From assembly GCA_030695905.1 (NCBI GenBank), contig JAUYOL010000004.1, positions 2,874 through 66,873 of the forward strand: a DNA stretch of 64,000 nucleotides, read 5' to 3'. The notes below the pieces were generated by a model. The model searched no databases, was not told where the DNA came from, and saw only the letters and a list, made by a program, of their open reading frames with translations. A program made the translations under genes and the position numbers. Shown in pieces: positions 19,654 through 28,322 of this stretch (positions are counted from its first letter, which is position 1; each line of letters opens with the position of its first letter). Source of the DNA: Candidatus Omnitrophota bacterium (GTDB taxonomy: Bacteria > Omnitrophota > Gorgyraeia > 2-01-FULL-45-10).

Positions 19654-20453
19654 CGGTAAGAAGACAGAAAAAAAATAAGAAGATGCAGATGCCTAAGGCT
19701 ATAGAGGGCCTTAAAGAATATCTTATTAAGAAGGTGGGTATTATAATAGTCTCTGTGGTATCCGTAGCTTTAGTATGGGCCTTGACTACGGCATTTTTTG
19801 AGAAGAGCGACTATTTCAGGCTCAGAGCCGTTGAAACTAAGGGCGCCCAGGACGCAAGCCTTGCCGGTATAAGAAACGATATTTTGAAGCAATATAAGGA
19901 CAGGAACCTATTCAGGATAGATATAAAGGCCATCGCCAAAAGCATCGAACCGAAGTATCCCGACGCCAAAGAGATAGCGGTAAAGAGGGTATTGCCGGAT
20001 AAATTATTGCTGGATCTGAAATTTCGCAGGCCCGTCGCGCTTTTAGGTAACGGCCAGGTGTACCCTATAGACAGGGAAGGCGTGATACTTGTCAATATAA
20101 ACTCTATGAAATTAAAAGATTTTCCGATAATAAGAGGCATAGACCCACGGCTCGCCGGCAAGTCTTATAAGAAAAACGAGTCGAAGAATCTGGTAGTTGC
20201 GCTTAATCTTCTTGATGAGATAAGAAGGACCAGGTTTTTGGAAAAATATAATGTTCGCCTTGTTGACGCGGGCGATGTAAAGAGCCTTTCTTTTTATTTG
20301 GGGGATGGCGGCCCTGCCGTGATAATAGGGCATGAAGATTTTAGGGAGAGGCTGGCTGTATTAAAGGATACATTGCGCGATCCCAGGCTTGTGTTAGAAA
20401 AGATAAATTATATCGACGTAAGATTTAATAATGTTGCTATAAGTCCAAAATGA
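19650..20453 (+). CDS. ftsQ: Cell division protein FtsQ (TM plus POTRA domain)
   Basis: Has an N-terminal TM and a POTRA-like FRLRAVETKG segment, sitting between ddl and ftsA. Confidence 0.75.
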   Translation: MTVRRQKKNKKMQMPKAIEGLKEYLIKKVGIIIVSVVSVALVWALTTAFFEKSDYFRLRAVETKGAQDASLAGIRNDILKQYKDRNLFRIDIKAIAKSIEPKYPDAKEIAVKRVLPDKLLLDLKFRRPVALLGNGQVYPIDREGVILVNINSMKLKDFPIIRGIDPRLAGKSYKKNESKNLVVALNLLDEIRRTRFLEKYNVRLVDAGDVKSLSFYLGDGGPAVIIGHEDFRERLAVLKDTLRDPRLVLEKINYIDVRFNNVAISPK

Positions 20454-21520
20454 GCAAATCTACTATAATAACCGGTTTGGATATAAGTTCATCAAAAGTT
20501 TCCACGTTGGCTATGGAAATTTTTGGCGATGGCCATTCCGCGGTTCTTGCTTATGAAAGCCAGCCGTCAAAAGGCGTTTCCAGGGGGGGATTTTCCGATA
20601 TAGCCCAGGCGTCAAATTCGGTTGCAAAGGTTTTGACGAGACTGTGCGAGAAGATAGGTAGGCCCCCCGATAATATATATGCTAACGTAAGCGGCGACTC
20701 AATAAGAGCCGAGAGGTCGAAGGGGATGGTGCCTATCTCTTCGAGAGGCCGAGAGATTACGCAGTCCGACATCTCGCGCTGTATAGACGCGGCCAGCACG
20801 ATAAGGCTTACGTTCGACAGAGAGATCATACATAAGATAGTCCTGAACTTCTCGATAGACGATCAGTCGAGCATAAAGAACGCATTGGGCCTTTACGCGT
20901 CACGCTTGTACTGTGAAGTGTATATGGTAACGGCCAATCTTAACCATATTCAGAATATGTATAAGTGTGTGAATGACGCGGGGTATGATTTAAAAGAGGT
21001 TGTATATTCCGGTGTTGCGGATGGTGCCAGTCTTCTGGAGGATCCATGGAAAGACGAGGGGGTGGCTCTTGTGAATATAGGCGCATCCATTACCGAGCTT
21101 TCGATATTTTCAGGCGGAGCGCTGACATTTCTCGACGTACTTTGCTCAGGTGCCAATGATATAAAAGGACCATTAAAAGATAGTGTTGAATTTAGCAGCA
21201 TAACATCACGCCTTAAATCCGATATAGAAGAATTCTCAAAAAAAGGCAGCGGGATAAAATCGGTCGTTATTGCCGGCGGCCTTGCGCTTTCGGAAGGTAC
21301 CGCCGAATGTCTGGAAGAGAGGCTCGGTTATCATGTAAGAATGGGCACCGTAAAGAATGTCCATGGAAACATTTCCAGCACAGACAGCCTGCGGGCTGCT
21401 ACAGCGATAGGCTTAGCCAGATACGCACTTGGTCAATATCAGCCCAGGGCGATGCAGGCGAGAAATTTTGTCCAGAACATATCTAACAGAGTGGTAGAGA
21501 TATTCAATAATTATTTCTAA
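20450..21520 (+). CDS. ftsA: Actin-like cell division protein FtsA (356 aa, short C-terminus)
   Basis: N-terminal GLDISSSKV matches the FtsA GLDIGTSKI phosphate-1 motif. It has an actin/Hsp70 fold with ALVNIGASITELSIF and the 1C subdomain pattern. It sits at the canonical position after ftsQ. Confidence 0.8.
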   Translation: MSKSTIITGLDISSSKVSTLAMEIFGDGHSAVLAYESQPSKGVSRGGFSDIAQASNSVAKVLTRLCEKIGRPPDNIYANVSGDSIRAERSKGMVPISSRGREITQSDISRCIDAASTIRLTFDREIIHKIVLNFSIDDQSSIKNALGLYASRLYCEVYMVTANLNHIQNMYKCVNDAGYDLKEVVYSGVADGASLLEDPWKDEGVALVNIGASITELSIFSGGALTFLDVLCSGANDIKGPLKDSVEFSSITSRLKSDIEEFSKKGSGIKSVVIAGGLALSEGTAECLEERLGYHVRMGTVKNVHGNISSTDSLRAATAIGLARYALGQYQPRAMQARNFVQNISNRVVEIFNNYF

Positions 21521-21537
21521 AATTAGGAGAGCTTAAG

Positions 21538-21981
21538 ATGCTTTACACCGGCGAGAAAAGGCATTTTATAAGGCATCCTATCTGTTATCCGCTTGAATTT
21601 GAACACGCCCCGAAGAAAATCTCGGAAAAGACCAAGACCCTCAATGTAAGCGAAGGCGGCCTGATGTTTTTATCCAAATACGCGCTTAAGCGCGGTGAAT
21701 TGATAATATTAAAGATGCCTATGCAGAATAAGATGTTCAAAGTCAAGGGCAAGGTCATGCATATAACCAAAGACAGGGATAATCCCAGCTTTTTTAATGT
21801 AGGAGTGTCATTTTATCGCTATTCTGACGCTTTTAAAGTAAAGCTTATAGAACAGTTATATCTGATAGATGAATACAGGATACTGCGATCTCTTCAGCTG
21901 GGCTATGAGATTTCGATGCATAAGGCATCGGAGGAATGGGTCAAACGATATTCCAAAAGATTTGCGCGGTTATATTGGTAG
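21538..21981 (+). CDS. PilZ-domain protein (predicted c-di-GMP receptor), 147 aa
   Basis: Both PilZ signature motifs are present: RxxxR (RHFIRH) and D/NxSxGG (NVSEGG). It is tightly coupled (17 nt, RBS AGGAGAG) to the ftsA stop. Confidence 0.7.
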   Translation: MLYTGEKRHFIRHPICYPLEFEHAPKKISEKTKTLNVSEGGLMFLSKYALKRGELIILKMPMQNKMFKVKGKVMHITKDRDNPSFFNVGVSFYRYSDAFKVKLIEQLYLIDEYRILRSLQLGYEISMHKASEEWVKRYSKRFARLYW

Positions 21982-22001
21982 TCTAATTATGAGGCAGCCA
22001 A

Positions 22002-22826
22002 ATGAAATATTTTGCGGTAGATAAATTTAAATGCGTCAGGTGCGGCGCATGCATAGCAGTTTGCCCGATAAAGATCTTAAAGATAGATGAAGCAAGCCGC
22101 CTTCCCGCTATGGTTAACAGGGGAGATAAGATATGCATAAAGTGCGGACACTGCATTACGGTATGTCCGCATAGAGCTATCTCTATGCAGCATATGCGCG
22201 CGGAGAGCCACCACCCGTTAAGACATGATTGGCGCATAACACCGGAAAAAGTGGAGCAACTATTAAAAGGGCGAAGAAGTATTCGTAACTATAAAAATGA
22301 GGCGGTGGACAGGGAAAAACTGAAAAAAGTTATCGATATAGCGCGATACGCGCCATCGGGGATAAATAGACAGCCGGTAAGATGGGGAATAATATACTAT
22401 AAAGAAAGGGTAAGACGACTTTCGGAAGTAGTTATAAAGTGGATGCGCTTCCAAATGTCGATAGATTCGCCGCTTGCAAAGTCCATGCGCATGAAGCGTA
22501 TAGTAGCCGCATGGGAGAATCATAATGACTGGATATGTCGCGGCGCTCCCCATGTCGTCATAGCTTACGCGCCAAAAAATGATTTAAGCGCCGCTCAAGA
22601 TACTACCGTTGCCCTCACATATTTTGAAATTGCCGCGGCGTCGATACACCTGGGCACTTGTTGGGCGGGATATCTGGCCATTGCGATAAATATGAGCCCT
22701 GAAGTGCGCAGATTTGTATTCTTGTCGAGCAGAATGGCATGTTTTGGCGCTATGATGGTGGGTTATCCCAGATTCAGTTATCATCGAATCCCGATCCGCA
22801 ATAAGCCGCATATTATATGGCGGTAA
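22002..22826 (+). CDS. Fusion of a 2x[4Fe-4S] ferredoxin domain and a nitroreductase-family flavoprotein
   Basis: Has two CxxCxxCxxxCP motifs (CVRCGACIAVCP and CIKCGHCITVCP). These are followed by nitroreductase-fold motifs (RRSIRNY and APSGINRQPVRW). Confidence 0.75.
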   Translation: MKYFAVDKFKCVRCGACIAVCPIKILKIDEASRLPAMVNRGDKICIKCGHCITVCPHRAISMQHMRAESHHPLRHDWRITPEKVEQLLKGRRSIRNYKNEAVDREKLKKVIDIARYAPSGINRQPVRWGIIYYKERVRRLSEVVIKWMRFQMSIDSPLAKSMRMKRIVAAWENHNDWICRGAPHVVIAYAPKNDLSAAQDTTVALTYFEIAAASIHLGTCWAGYLAIAINMSPEVRRFVFLSSRMACFGAMMVGYPRFSYHRIPIRNKPHIIWR

Positions 22827-22843
22827 ATAGGAGATAGAATAAT

Positions 22844-23629
22844 ATGCCATTTATGCAGTCCGTATTATTTACGATACCAACGCCTGTATTGTGTCTTTTA
22901 ATTGTCGGAGGGTCTGTGGCTATATCTGTGGGCGCGTTGCTCGTAGTCCGATCATTTGTTCCTCACCACAGGTTGAAACAACATAATGACGTAACAGGCT
23001 CTGTATTTGCTACCGTCGGGGTACTTTACGCGGTATTACTTGCATTTGTTGTAATCGCGGTGTGGCAGGACTTTGATAAGGCTATCATTAATGTGCAAAG
23101 AGAGGCAAACTGTCTTGTGGATCTTTATAGGGATGCCGAAGCTTTTTCGCCCGATTTTAGAAGCCAGGTGCGGGGACTGTTAAAGGACTATGCGAATGCT
23201 GTTACTGGTGAAGAGTGGAAGTCTATGGAAAGAGGCCAGCCCAGCATGCGCGTTACGGAGATAGTGAAGAATGTGTGGCTTTTATATAGCTCTTATATGC
23301 CTAAGAATATTACCGAACAAACCTTTTTTGAAGAATCCGTACGCAAATTAAATGAATTAGGCGAATCGCGCCGGATGCGAATTATGTCTTCGCGTAGCGG
23401 TGTTCATCCCGTACTGTGGTTTGTGCTGGCGGTAGGCGGGATAGTTACCATGATCTTCATATCTTTTTTCGGCGCGGAAAACCTAAGAGCGCAAATTATT
23501 ATGGCGTTTCTTCTCGCCATGCTGGTGGGCCTTATACTATTTACGATCGCCGTTATGGATTATCCTTTTACCGGCGGCGTATCTGTATCTTCAGAAGTAT
23601 TTAAGTCAATGGCGCCATGCGTGGAATAG
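22844..23629 (+). CDS. Hypothetical integral membrane protein (about 4 TM; resembles the DUF4239 family)
   Basis: Has two hydrophobic helices at each end flanking a soluble central segment. The family assignment is recalled and unverified. Confidence 0.45.
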   Translation: MPFMQSVLFTIPTPVLCLLIVGGSVAISVGALLVVRSFVPHHRLKQHNDVTGSVFATVGVLYAVLLAFVVIAVWQDFDKAIINVQREANCLVDLYRDAEAFSPDFRSQVRGLLKDYANAVTGEEWKSMERGQPSMRVTEIVKNVWLLYSSYMPKNITEQTFFEESVRKLNELGESRRMRIMSSRSGVHPVLWFVLAVGGIVTMIFISFFGAENLRAQIIMAFLLAMLVGLILFTIAVMDYPFTGGVSVSSEVFKSMAPCVE

Positions 23630-24138
23630 TTGTTTTGGCGCTGATATATTTACTCAACCCCGTATTTGCGGATGCCGCAACCGATAAGGAGACAGATATG
23701 AAACTTACCAGTCCGGCGTTTGAAGACAATTCGAATGTGCCATCCAAATTCACCTGTGAGGGGCAGGATGTAAACCCTTCTCTTGTTATCGAAAATATTC
23801 CGTCCGGGACAAAAAGCCTGGCATTAATAGTGGACGATCCTGACGCGCCGATGAAGACATGGGTTCATTGGGTAGTGTATGATATAGCTCCTGTAAATAA
23901 GATAGATGAGAATAGCGTACCCGGCAAACAGGGGGTCAATGATTTTGACAGGATGGATTGGGGAGGGCCATGTCCTCCGTCGGGAACACACCGGTACTAT
24001 TTCAAGCTATATGCGCTGGACAAGATCCTGGGCCTTAAAGAGGGTGTTGGTAAAGCAACTTTAGAAAAATCCATGGAAGGGCATATAATTGCCAGAGCCC
24101 AACTGGTCGGATTATATAAACTTGGCCCCAAAAAATAG
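23617..24138 (+). CDS. YbhB/YbcL-type PEBP family protein, secreted
   Basis: Has a signal peptide followed by the PEBP motifs DDPDAP and WVHWVVYDI, and GPCPPSGTHRYYFKLYALD. Confidence 0.8.
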   Translation: MRGIVVLALIYLLNPVFADAATDKETDMKLTSPAFEDNSNVPSKFTCEGQDVNPSLVIENIPSGTKSLALIVDDPDAPMKTWVHWVVYDIAPVNKIDENSVPGKQGVNDFDRMDWGGPCPPSGTHRYYFKLYALDKILGLKEGVGKATLEKSMEGHIIARAQLVGLYKLGPKK

Positions 24139-24165
24139 TTTTAAATAAAATTTTAGGAGGCACTA

Positions 24166-24528
24166 ATGTCTAAGCATAGGATTATGGCCGTAATTATTAT
24201 CCTTTTTTTGGCAGCGCTATTTTCTGTAGTGCCATCTTACTCTCAAGATGACAATCCCCCTATATGGGATAGGCGCGGCAGTGATCCTATAGTTAGGACG
24301 ATCGATGGCAAGGTAATATCGGTTGACCCGCAGGATTCGACGATTACGGTGAAGATGGTGGAGGCGCTCGTAATTTCTGTTCCATCTTCAGCCAGCGTTA
24401 CTAATAAAGATGGTTTTAGCATACAGTTGTCGCAGATAAATCCCGGCAATTATGTTATGGTGGAATATTATGACGACAAGTCAGGCAAGCATATAGCCAG
24501 GGGAATTAATGTCGAATACGGCGATTAG
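24166..24528 (+). CDS. Small secreted hypothetical protein (120 aa)
   Basis: Has a signal peptide (MAVIIILFLAALFSVVPSYSQ) and an RBS (AGGAGG). I recognise no family. Confidence 0.5.
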   Translation: MSKHRIMAVIIILFLAALFSVVPSYSQDDNPPIWDRRGSDPIVRTIDGKVISVDPQDSTITVKMVEALVISVPSSASVTNKDGFSIQLSQINPGNYVMVEYYDDKSGKHIARGINVEYGD

Positions 24529-25327
24529 GCTGATAATAACCGCAGCACTTATTCTGGCCACATCTATTTTCACGCGACCTGCTTTTTCTCAGGAAGAAAC
24601 CGAATATAAAAAATTCAAACTCGAGGACGCTTCTTGCGACGTAGGTGTGCGTTATAAGAATACTCCGCAAGGCCTGATCGTCGGTATCTGCGCCATCGCG
24701 ACCGGCAAGGGGGCAGAATTCCGAAAATGGAGCGTATCCGAAATAAAAATTCGCGTAGGCGATAAAAGATTAAGGCCGGACAAGGACGGCAAGTCCTATG
24801 TTACTGAAGAATCGCTTTTCAGAGTGCCTGGAGCTGTTATATTCGCCGCGATAGGCGCGTTTGGGGAATATGGCGGAAGTAATTTTAATAATAATTTTTC
24901 AAAAGTGGGAATGGCGCTCGGCTTGGGCCTTATAGCCTTACAGGCAAAAGGCGAGATAACGGGTGAACGCTGTGTATTTTATATACCCAAAGAAGTTGCC
25001 GAAAAGATAGAGGAAGGCAAAGATAATATTGAAATTGTCGTAGAGAATGAGGGCCTGCATATTAAAGAAAATATAAAGATAGGGCTTGTTATACCTACAG
25101 GCGATACTGTGAAGAAATATAATTTTGACAATATGAATGAAGACGAGTTATCAAATAGGATGGACATAATCAGATCCGAGATAGTTTCGCTTGAAGAGCG
25201 GCAATCGTCATATAAATATGGCCAAGATCCGCAATACGACGCTATTCAAAAGAAGATAGAGGGTCTTGAAACAGAGCGTGGTCTCGCCTACAACGCATGG
25301 TTCGAAAAAAGGCATGGACGAGATTAG
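24509..25327 (+). CDS. Secreted hypothetical protein (272 aa)
   Basis: Has a signal peptide and a glycine-rich hydrophobic segment. I recognise no family. Confidence 0.5.
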   Translation: MSNTAIRLIITAALILATSIFTRPAFSQEETEYKKFKLEDASCDVGVRYKNTPQGLIVGICAIATGKGAEFRKWSVSEIKIRVGDKRLRPDKDGKSYVTEESLFRVPGAVIFAAIGAFGEYGGSNFNNNFSKVGMALGLGLIALQAKGEITGERCVFYIPKEVAEKIEEGKDNIEIVVENEGLHIKENIKIGLVIPTGDTVKKYNFDNMNEDELSNRMDIIRSEIVSLEERQSSYKYGQDPQYDAIQKKIEGLETERGLAYNAWFEKRHGRD

Positions 25328-25583
25328 TTACAGCAAAAAACAGGACGCATATTTTCTTGAGCATGAAGCGCTGTGCAAGCGATGCGGAAGGTGTTGCGGC
25401 GCCGATACGGCAGAACCTTGCTCAAACCTCGTCAAAGATCCAAGCGGTAAATTCTATTGCAAATCCTACGAAAATAGACTAGGGCTTCAGCGCACAATCT
25501 CCGGCCGCACCTTCACATGTGTCGATATAAGAGATGTCCTCGCCAAAGGCCTTCCATACGAAGGCTGCGGCTACGCTGCCTGA
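25314..25583 (+). CDS. YkgJ/UPF0153 family Fe-S/zinc cluster protein (CxxCxxCC motif)
   Basis: Has the CKRCGRCCG signature plus downstream Cys residues. I chose the ATG 25314 start because the longer ORF start overlaps the upstream gene. Confidence 0.6.
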   Translation: MDEISYSKKQDAYFLEHEALCKRCGRCCGADTAEPCSNLVKDPSGKFYCKSYENRLGLQRTISGRTFTCVDIRDVLAKGLPYEGCGYAA

Positions 25584-25605
25584 AAATTTGACATCCCACT
25601 TCTGC

Positions 25606-25634
25606 TTGACTTTTGACGGCATTTGTGATATCTT
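25606..25634 (+). promoter_or_regulatory. Putative sigma-70 promoter (TTGACT, 17-nt spacer, TATCTT) upstream of yggS
   Basis: It lies in a 70-nt gap that is the first real intergenic break after the dcw block. The -10 is weak. Confidence 0.35.
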
Positions 25635-25653
25635 ATCCCGTCATTAAAACCTT

Positions 25654-26325
25654 ATGATAGCCGATAACTTAAGAGACGTAACGCTAAGAATATCAAGGTG
25701 TTGCGAGAAGTCTGGCAGGTTCGCATCGAGCGTTAAGCTGGTATGCGTTTCCAAGCAGGCATCCATAGACCAGATGAGAGAAGTTATGGGCCTTAATCGT
25801 AGGGATTTTGGCGAGAATAGACTCCAGGATGCCATTGTTAAGTATAAGTCTATAGGTGATAGGGCGATATGGCATCTGATAGGGCACCTGCAGACGAACA
25901 AAGTTAAAGATGCTGTAAAAATATTCTCGCTTATACATTCCGTAGATAGCGTCCGCCTGGCTAAAGAGATATCCAAAGAGGCGAATAAGATAGATAAAAT
26001 ACAAGATATACTCATCCAGGTCAATACATCGGGGGAGATGAGTAAATTCGGCATTGCTCCGGGGGAAGTTTTAAGTTTAGTTAGGGAAATTAGTTTATAT
26101 CCTAATATTAATATATTAGGCCTTATGACTATAGCCCCTGAAGTGGATGATCCCGAGAAGGTTAGGCCATATTTCAGGAGATTAAGACAGCTTAGTGATG
26201 AAATAGCGGGCTTACAGCTTACAGCTTATAGCCTACAGCTTTCGATGGGCATGACAAACGATTTTGAAGTTGCCATAGAAGAGGGCGCGACGATGGTGCG
26301 AATAGGGAGGGCGATATTCAAATGA
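25654..26325 (+). CDS. yggS: YggS family pyridoxal-phosphate homeostasis protein (alanine-racemase N-terminal fold)
   Basis: Has the KLVCVSKQ lysine motif, the length of a TIM-barrel, and conserved context with proC and yggT. Confidence 0.85.
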   Translation: MIADNLRDVTLRISRCCEKSGRFASSVKLVCVSKQASIDQMREVMGLNRRDFGENRLQDAIVKYKSIGDRAIWHLIGHLQTNKVKDAVKIFSLIHSVDSVRLAKEISKEANKIDKIQDILIQVNTSGEMSKFGIAPGEVLSLVREISLYPNINILGLMTIAPEVDDPEKVRPYFRRLRQLSDEIAGLQLTAYSLQLSMGMTNDFEVAIEEGATMVRIGRAIFK

Positions 26326-27137
26326 TGAATAAAAAGATAGGGATTATCGGCTGCGGCAATATGGGCGAAGCGATCCTTGGCAGACTCGTTAACGTAATGG
26401 AGAAGAGCACCTCTATTATGGTCAGCGAGTTCGACGCCAAGAGAAGAGATTATCTTCAGGGTAAATATAAGATGATAATCGAAATAGATAACAACGAAAT
26501 CGTTAAATTCTCCGACGTTATTATACTCGCGGTGAAGCCTAAAGATATCGATGGCTTATTGAAGCAGGAAGTATGCTGCGGCGTTTCAAAAAATAAGCTT
26601 ATAATCTCAATAGCGGCCGGAATTACAATAAAACATATCGAAGATATGGTAGGAAAAGATGTGCCGGTTATAAGGGCTATGCCTAACCTGGGCGCTATAA
26701 TCGGCCATGCAGTGACAAGCTTGAGCGCGGGAGAGTCGGTGAACAAAGAAGATATCGAGCTTGCCAAAAATATATTTTCTCTTATAGGAGACGTTGTAGA
26801 GGTTGATGAGAAATTAGTGGATGCCGTTACGGCAGTAAGCGGGAGCGGGCCGGCATATTTCTTCTATTTTGTGGAATCGCTTTATGAAGTGGCACAAGAG
26901 CTAAAACTGCCGCCTGGAATAGCGAAGGCGCTTGTTATTAAGACGGCCCTTGGAAGCATAAAATTGCTTGACGAACTTAAAGAAGACCCCGCGGCCTTAA
27001 GGAAAAAGGTTACATCAAAGGGCGGGACGACAGAAGCGGCATTCAAGGTGCTGGAGTATAAAAAAGTAAAAAATATAATCAAGGACGCGGTAAAGGAAGC
27101 CTGCAAGCGTTCGAAAGAAATATCTAAGGGGAAATAA
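26322..27137 (+). CDS. proC: Pyrroline-5-carboxylate reductase
   Basis: IGIIGCGNMGEAIL is the Rossmann motif. The C-terminal P5CR dimerisation domain (SGSGPAYFFYFVESL) is present. Confidence 0.88.
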   Translation: MMNKKIGIIGCGNMGEAILGRLVNVMEKSTSIMVSEFDAKRRDYLQGKYKMIIEIDNNEIVKFSDVIILAVKPKDIDGLLKQEVCCGVSKNKLIISIAAGITIKHIEDMVGKDVPVIRAMPNLGAIIGHAVTSLSAGESVNKEDIELAKNIFSLIGDVVEVDEKLVDAVTAVSGSGPAYFFYFVESLYEVAQELKLPPGIAKALVIKTALGSIKLLDELKEDPAALRKKVTSKGGTTEAAFKVLEYKKVKNIIKDAVKEACKRSKEISKGK

Positions 27138-27141
27138 CCAT

Positions 27142-27441
27142 ATGTTCGTAGCGGGTAATTTTGTAGTGGCGATCGCCACAATATTGGATTACATCCTGAC
27201 AATAGCGAATTGGTTGATAATAATAAGGGCTCTTATAAGCTGGGTCAATCCGGATCCATACAATGTGATAGTGCGGTTTTTATACAAGACGACGGAGCCT
27301 TTGCTGGCTCCTTTTAGAAGATTTCTGCCGGCATATTCTATAGGTATAGATCTATCGCCCATATTTGCGCTCTTGGTAATATGGTTCCTGAAATTATTTT
27401 TGGTAAGAACTCTATACGGTTTCGCTATGAGATTGGGATAG
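27142..27441 (+). CDS. yggT: YggT family membrane protein
   Basis: A 99-aa 2-TM protein with the YGGT signature region (IIIRALISWVNPDPYN). Confidence 0.8.
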   Translation: MFVAGNFVVAIATILDYILTIANWLIIIRALISWVNPDPYNVIVRFLYKTTEPLLAPFRRFLPAYSIGIDLSPIFALLVIWFLKLFLVRTLYGFAMRLG

Positions 27442-27451
27442 GAAGGATTTT

Positions 27452-28321
27452 ATGGCTGGAAAGATTGGTATCATAGGCGGAAGCGGTTTTTATCACATAG
27501 ACGGCATAAAAGATATTAAAGAGGTGAAGGTAAAGACGCCTTTTGGGGATCCGTCCAGTGAATTTATAACCGGTGGTCTGGAAGGTAAAGAAGTCGTATT
27601 TTTGGCAAGACACGATAAGGGCCACAGGATCCTTCCGAGCGAAATAAATTACCGTGCCAATATATACGGGATGAAGAAGCTCGGCGTTGAGAGGATAATA
27701 TCCGTGTCCGCATGCGGAAGCCTTAAAGAGGAGTTGAAGCCACTCGACATAGTGATACCTATGCAATTCGTAGATAGGACAAATTACGGCCGACAGATGA
27801 CGTTTTTCGGCAGCGGTATAGTGGCGCATATACAGTTTGCCGAGCCTATATGCCCGCATCTATCCAAGGCGCTGTACGAGGCGGGAATGGCCCTGGGAGC
27901 CAATATGCATCTGGGCGGCACATATTTAAACATGGAGGGGCCGCAATTTTCCACAAAGGCGGAATCTTATCTCTACAGGTCATGGGGGATGGATATAATC
28001 GGTATGACAAATTTAGCGGAAGCTAAGCTTGCCAGGGAAGCCGAAATTTGTTACTCGACACTCGCTTGCATTACGGATTACGATTGCTGGCACATGGATC
28101 AATCCGTAGAGTCAGTATCTATAGAGATGATAGTGCAGAATCTTTGCAAAAATGTGGATAAGTCAAAAGGCATAATCAAGACGGTATTGAAGAAATTGGG
28201 CAACGAACGAACCTGTGTATGCGCGTCAGCGCTTAAGGATTCTATCGTAACGAGGCCTGAATCTATACCTCAAAAAACGAAGAAGGATTTGGATCTGATA
28301 ATTGGAAAATATATTAAATAA
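27452..28321 (+). CDS. mtnP: S-methyl-5'-thioadenosine phosphorylase (PNP/MTAP family)
   Basis: Has IGIIGGSGFY and the MTAP-type active-site region (FLARHDKGHRILPSEINYRANIYGMKKLGVERIISVSACGSL). Confidence 0.85.
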   Translation: MAGKIGIIGGSGFYHIDGIKDIKEVKVKTPFGDPSSEFITGGLEGKEVVFLARHDKGHRILPSEINYRANIYGMKKLGVERIISVSACGSLKEELKPLDIVIPMQFVDRTNYGRQMTFFGSGIVAHIQFAEPICPHLSKALYEAGMALGANMHLGGTYLNMEGPQFSTKAESYLYRSWGMDIIGMTNLAEAKLAREAEICYSTLACITDYDCWHMDQSVESVSIEMIVQNLCKNVDKSKGIIKTVLKKLGNERTCVCASALKDSIVTRPESIPQKTKKDLDLIIGKYIK

Positions 28322-28322
28322 G

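Noticed and set aside
19670-19686. Homopolymeric A8 tracts (ftsQ 5' end, also about 40501-40510 and about 43296-43305) considered as phase-variation sites
   Set aside because: A7-A8 runs are expected by chance in an AT-rich, lysine-rich genome. They are not concentrated at gene starts, and there is no evidence of length heterogeneity.
21538-25583. The seven-gene block after ftsA considered as a defence island, toxin-antitoxin system or mobile-element insertion
   Set aside because: I could not recognise any integrase, transposase, nuclease or ATPase, or any toxin-antitoxin or restriction-modification motif, and no flanking repeats. The contents (PilZ, nitroreductase, PEBP, YkgJ, secreted hypotheticals) look like miscellaneous accessory metabolism and envelope genes. 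The two secreted hypotheticals at 24166-25327 remain uncharacterised.
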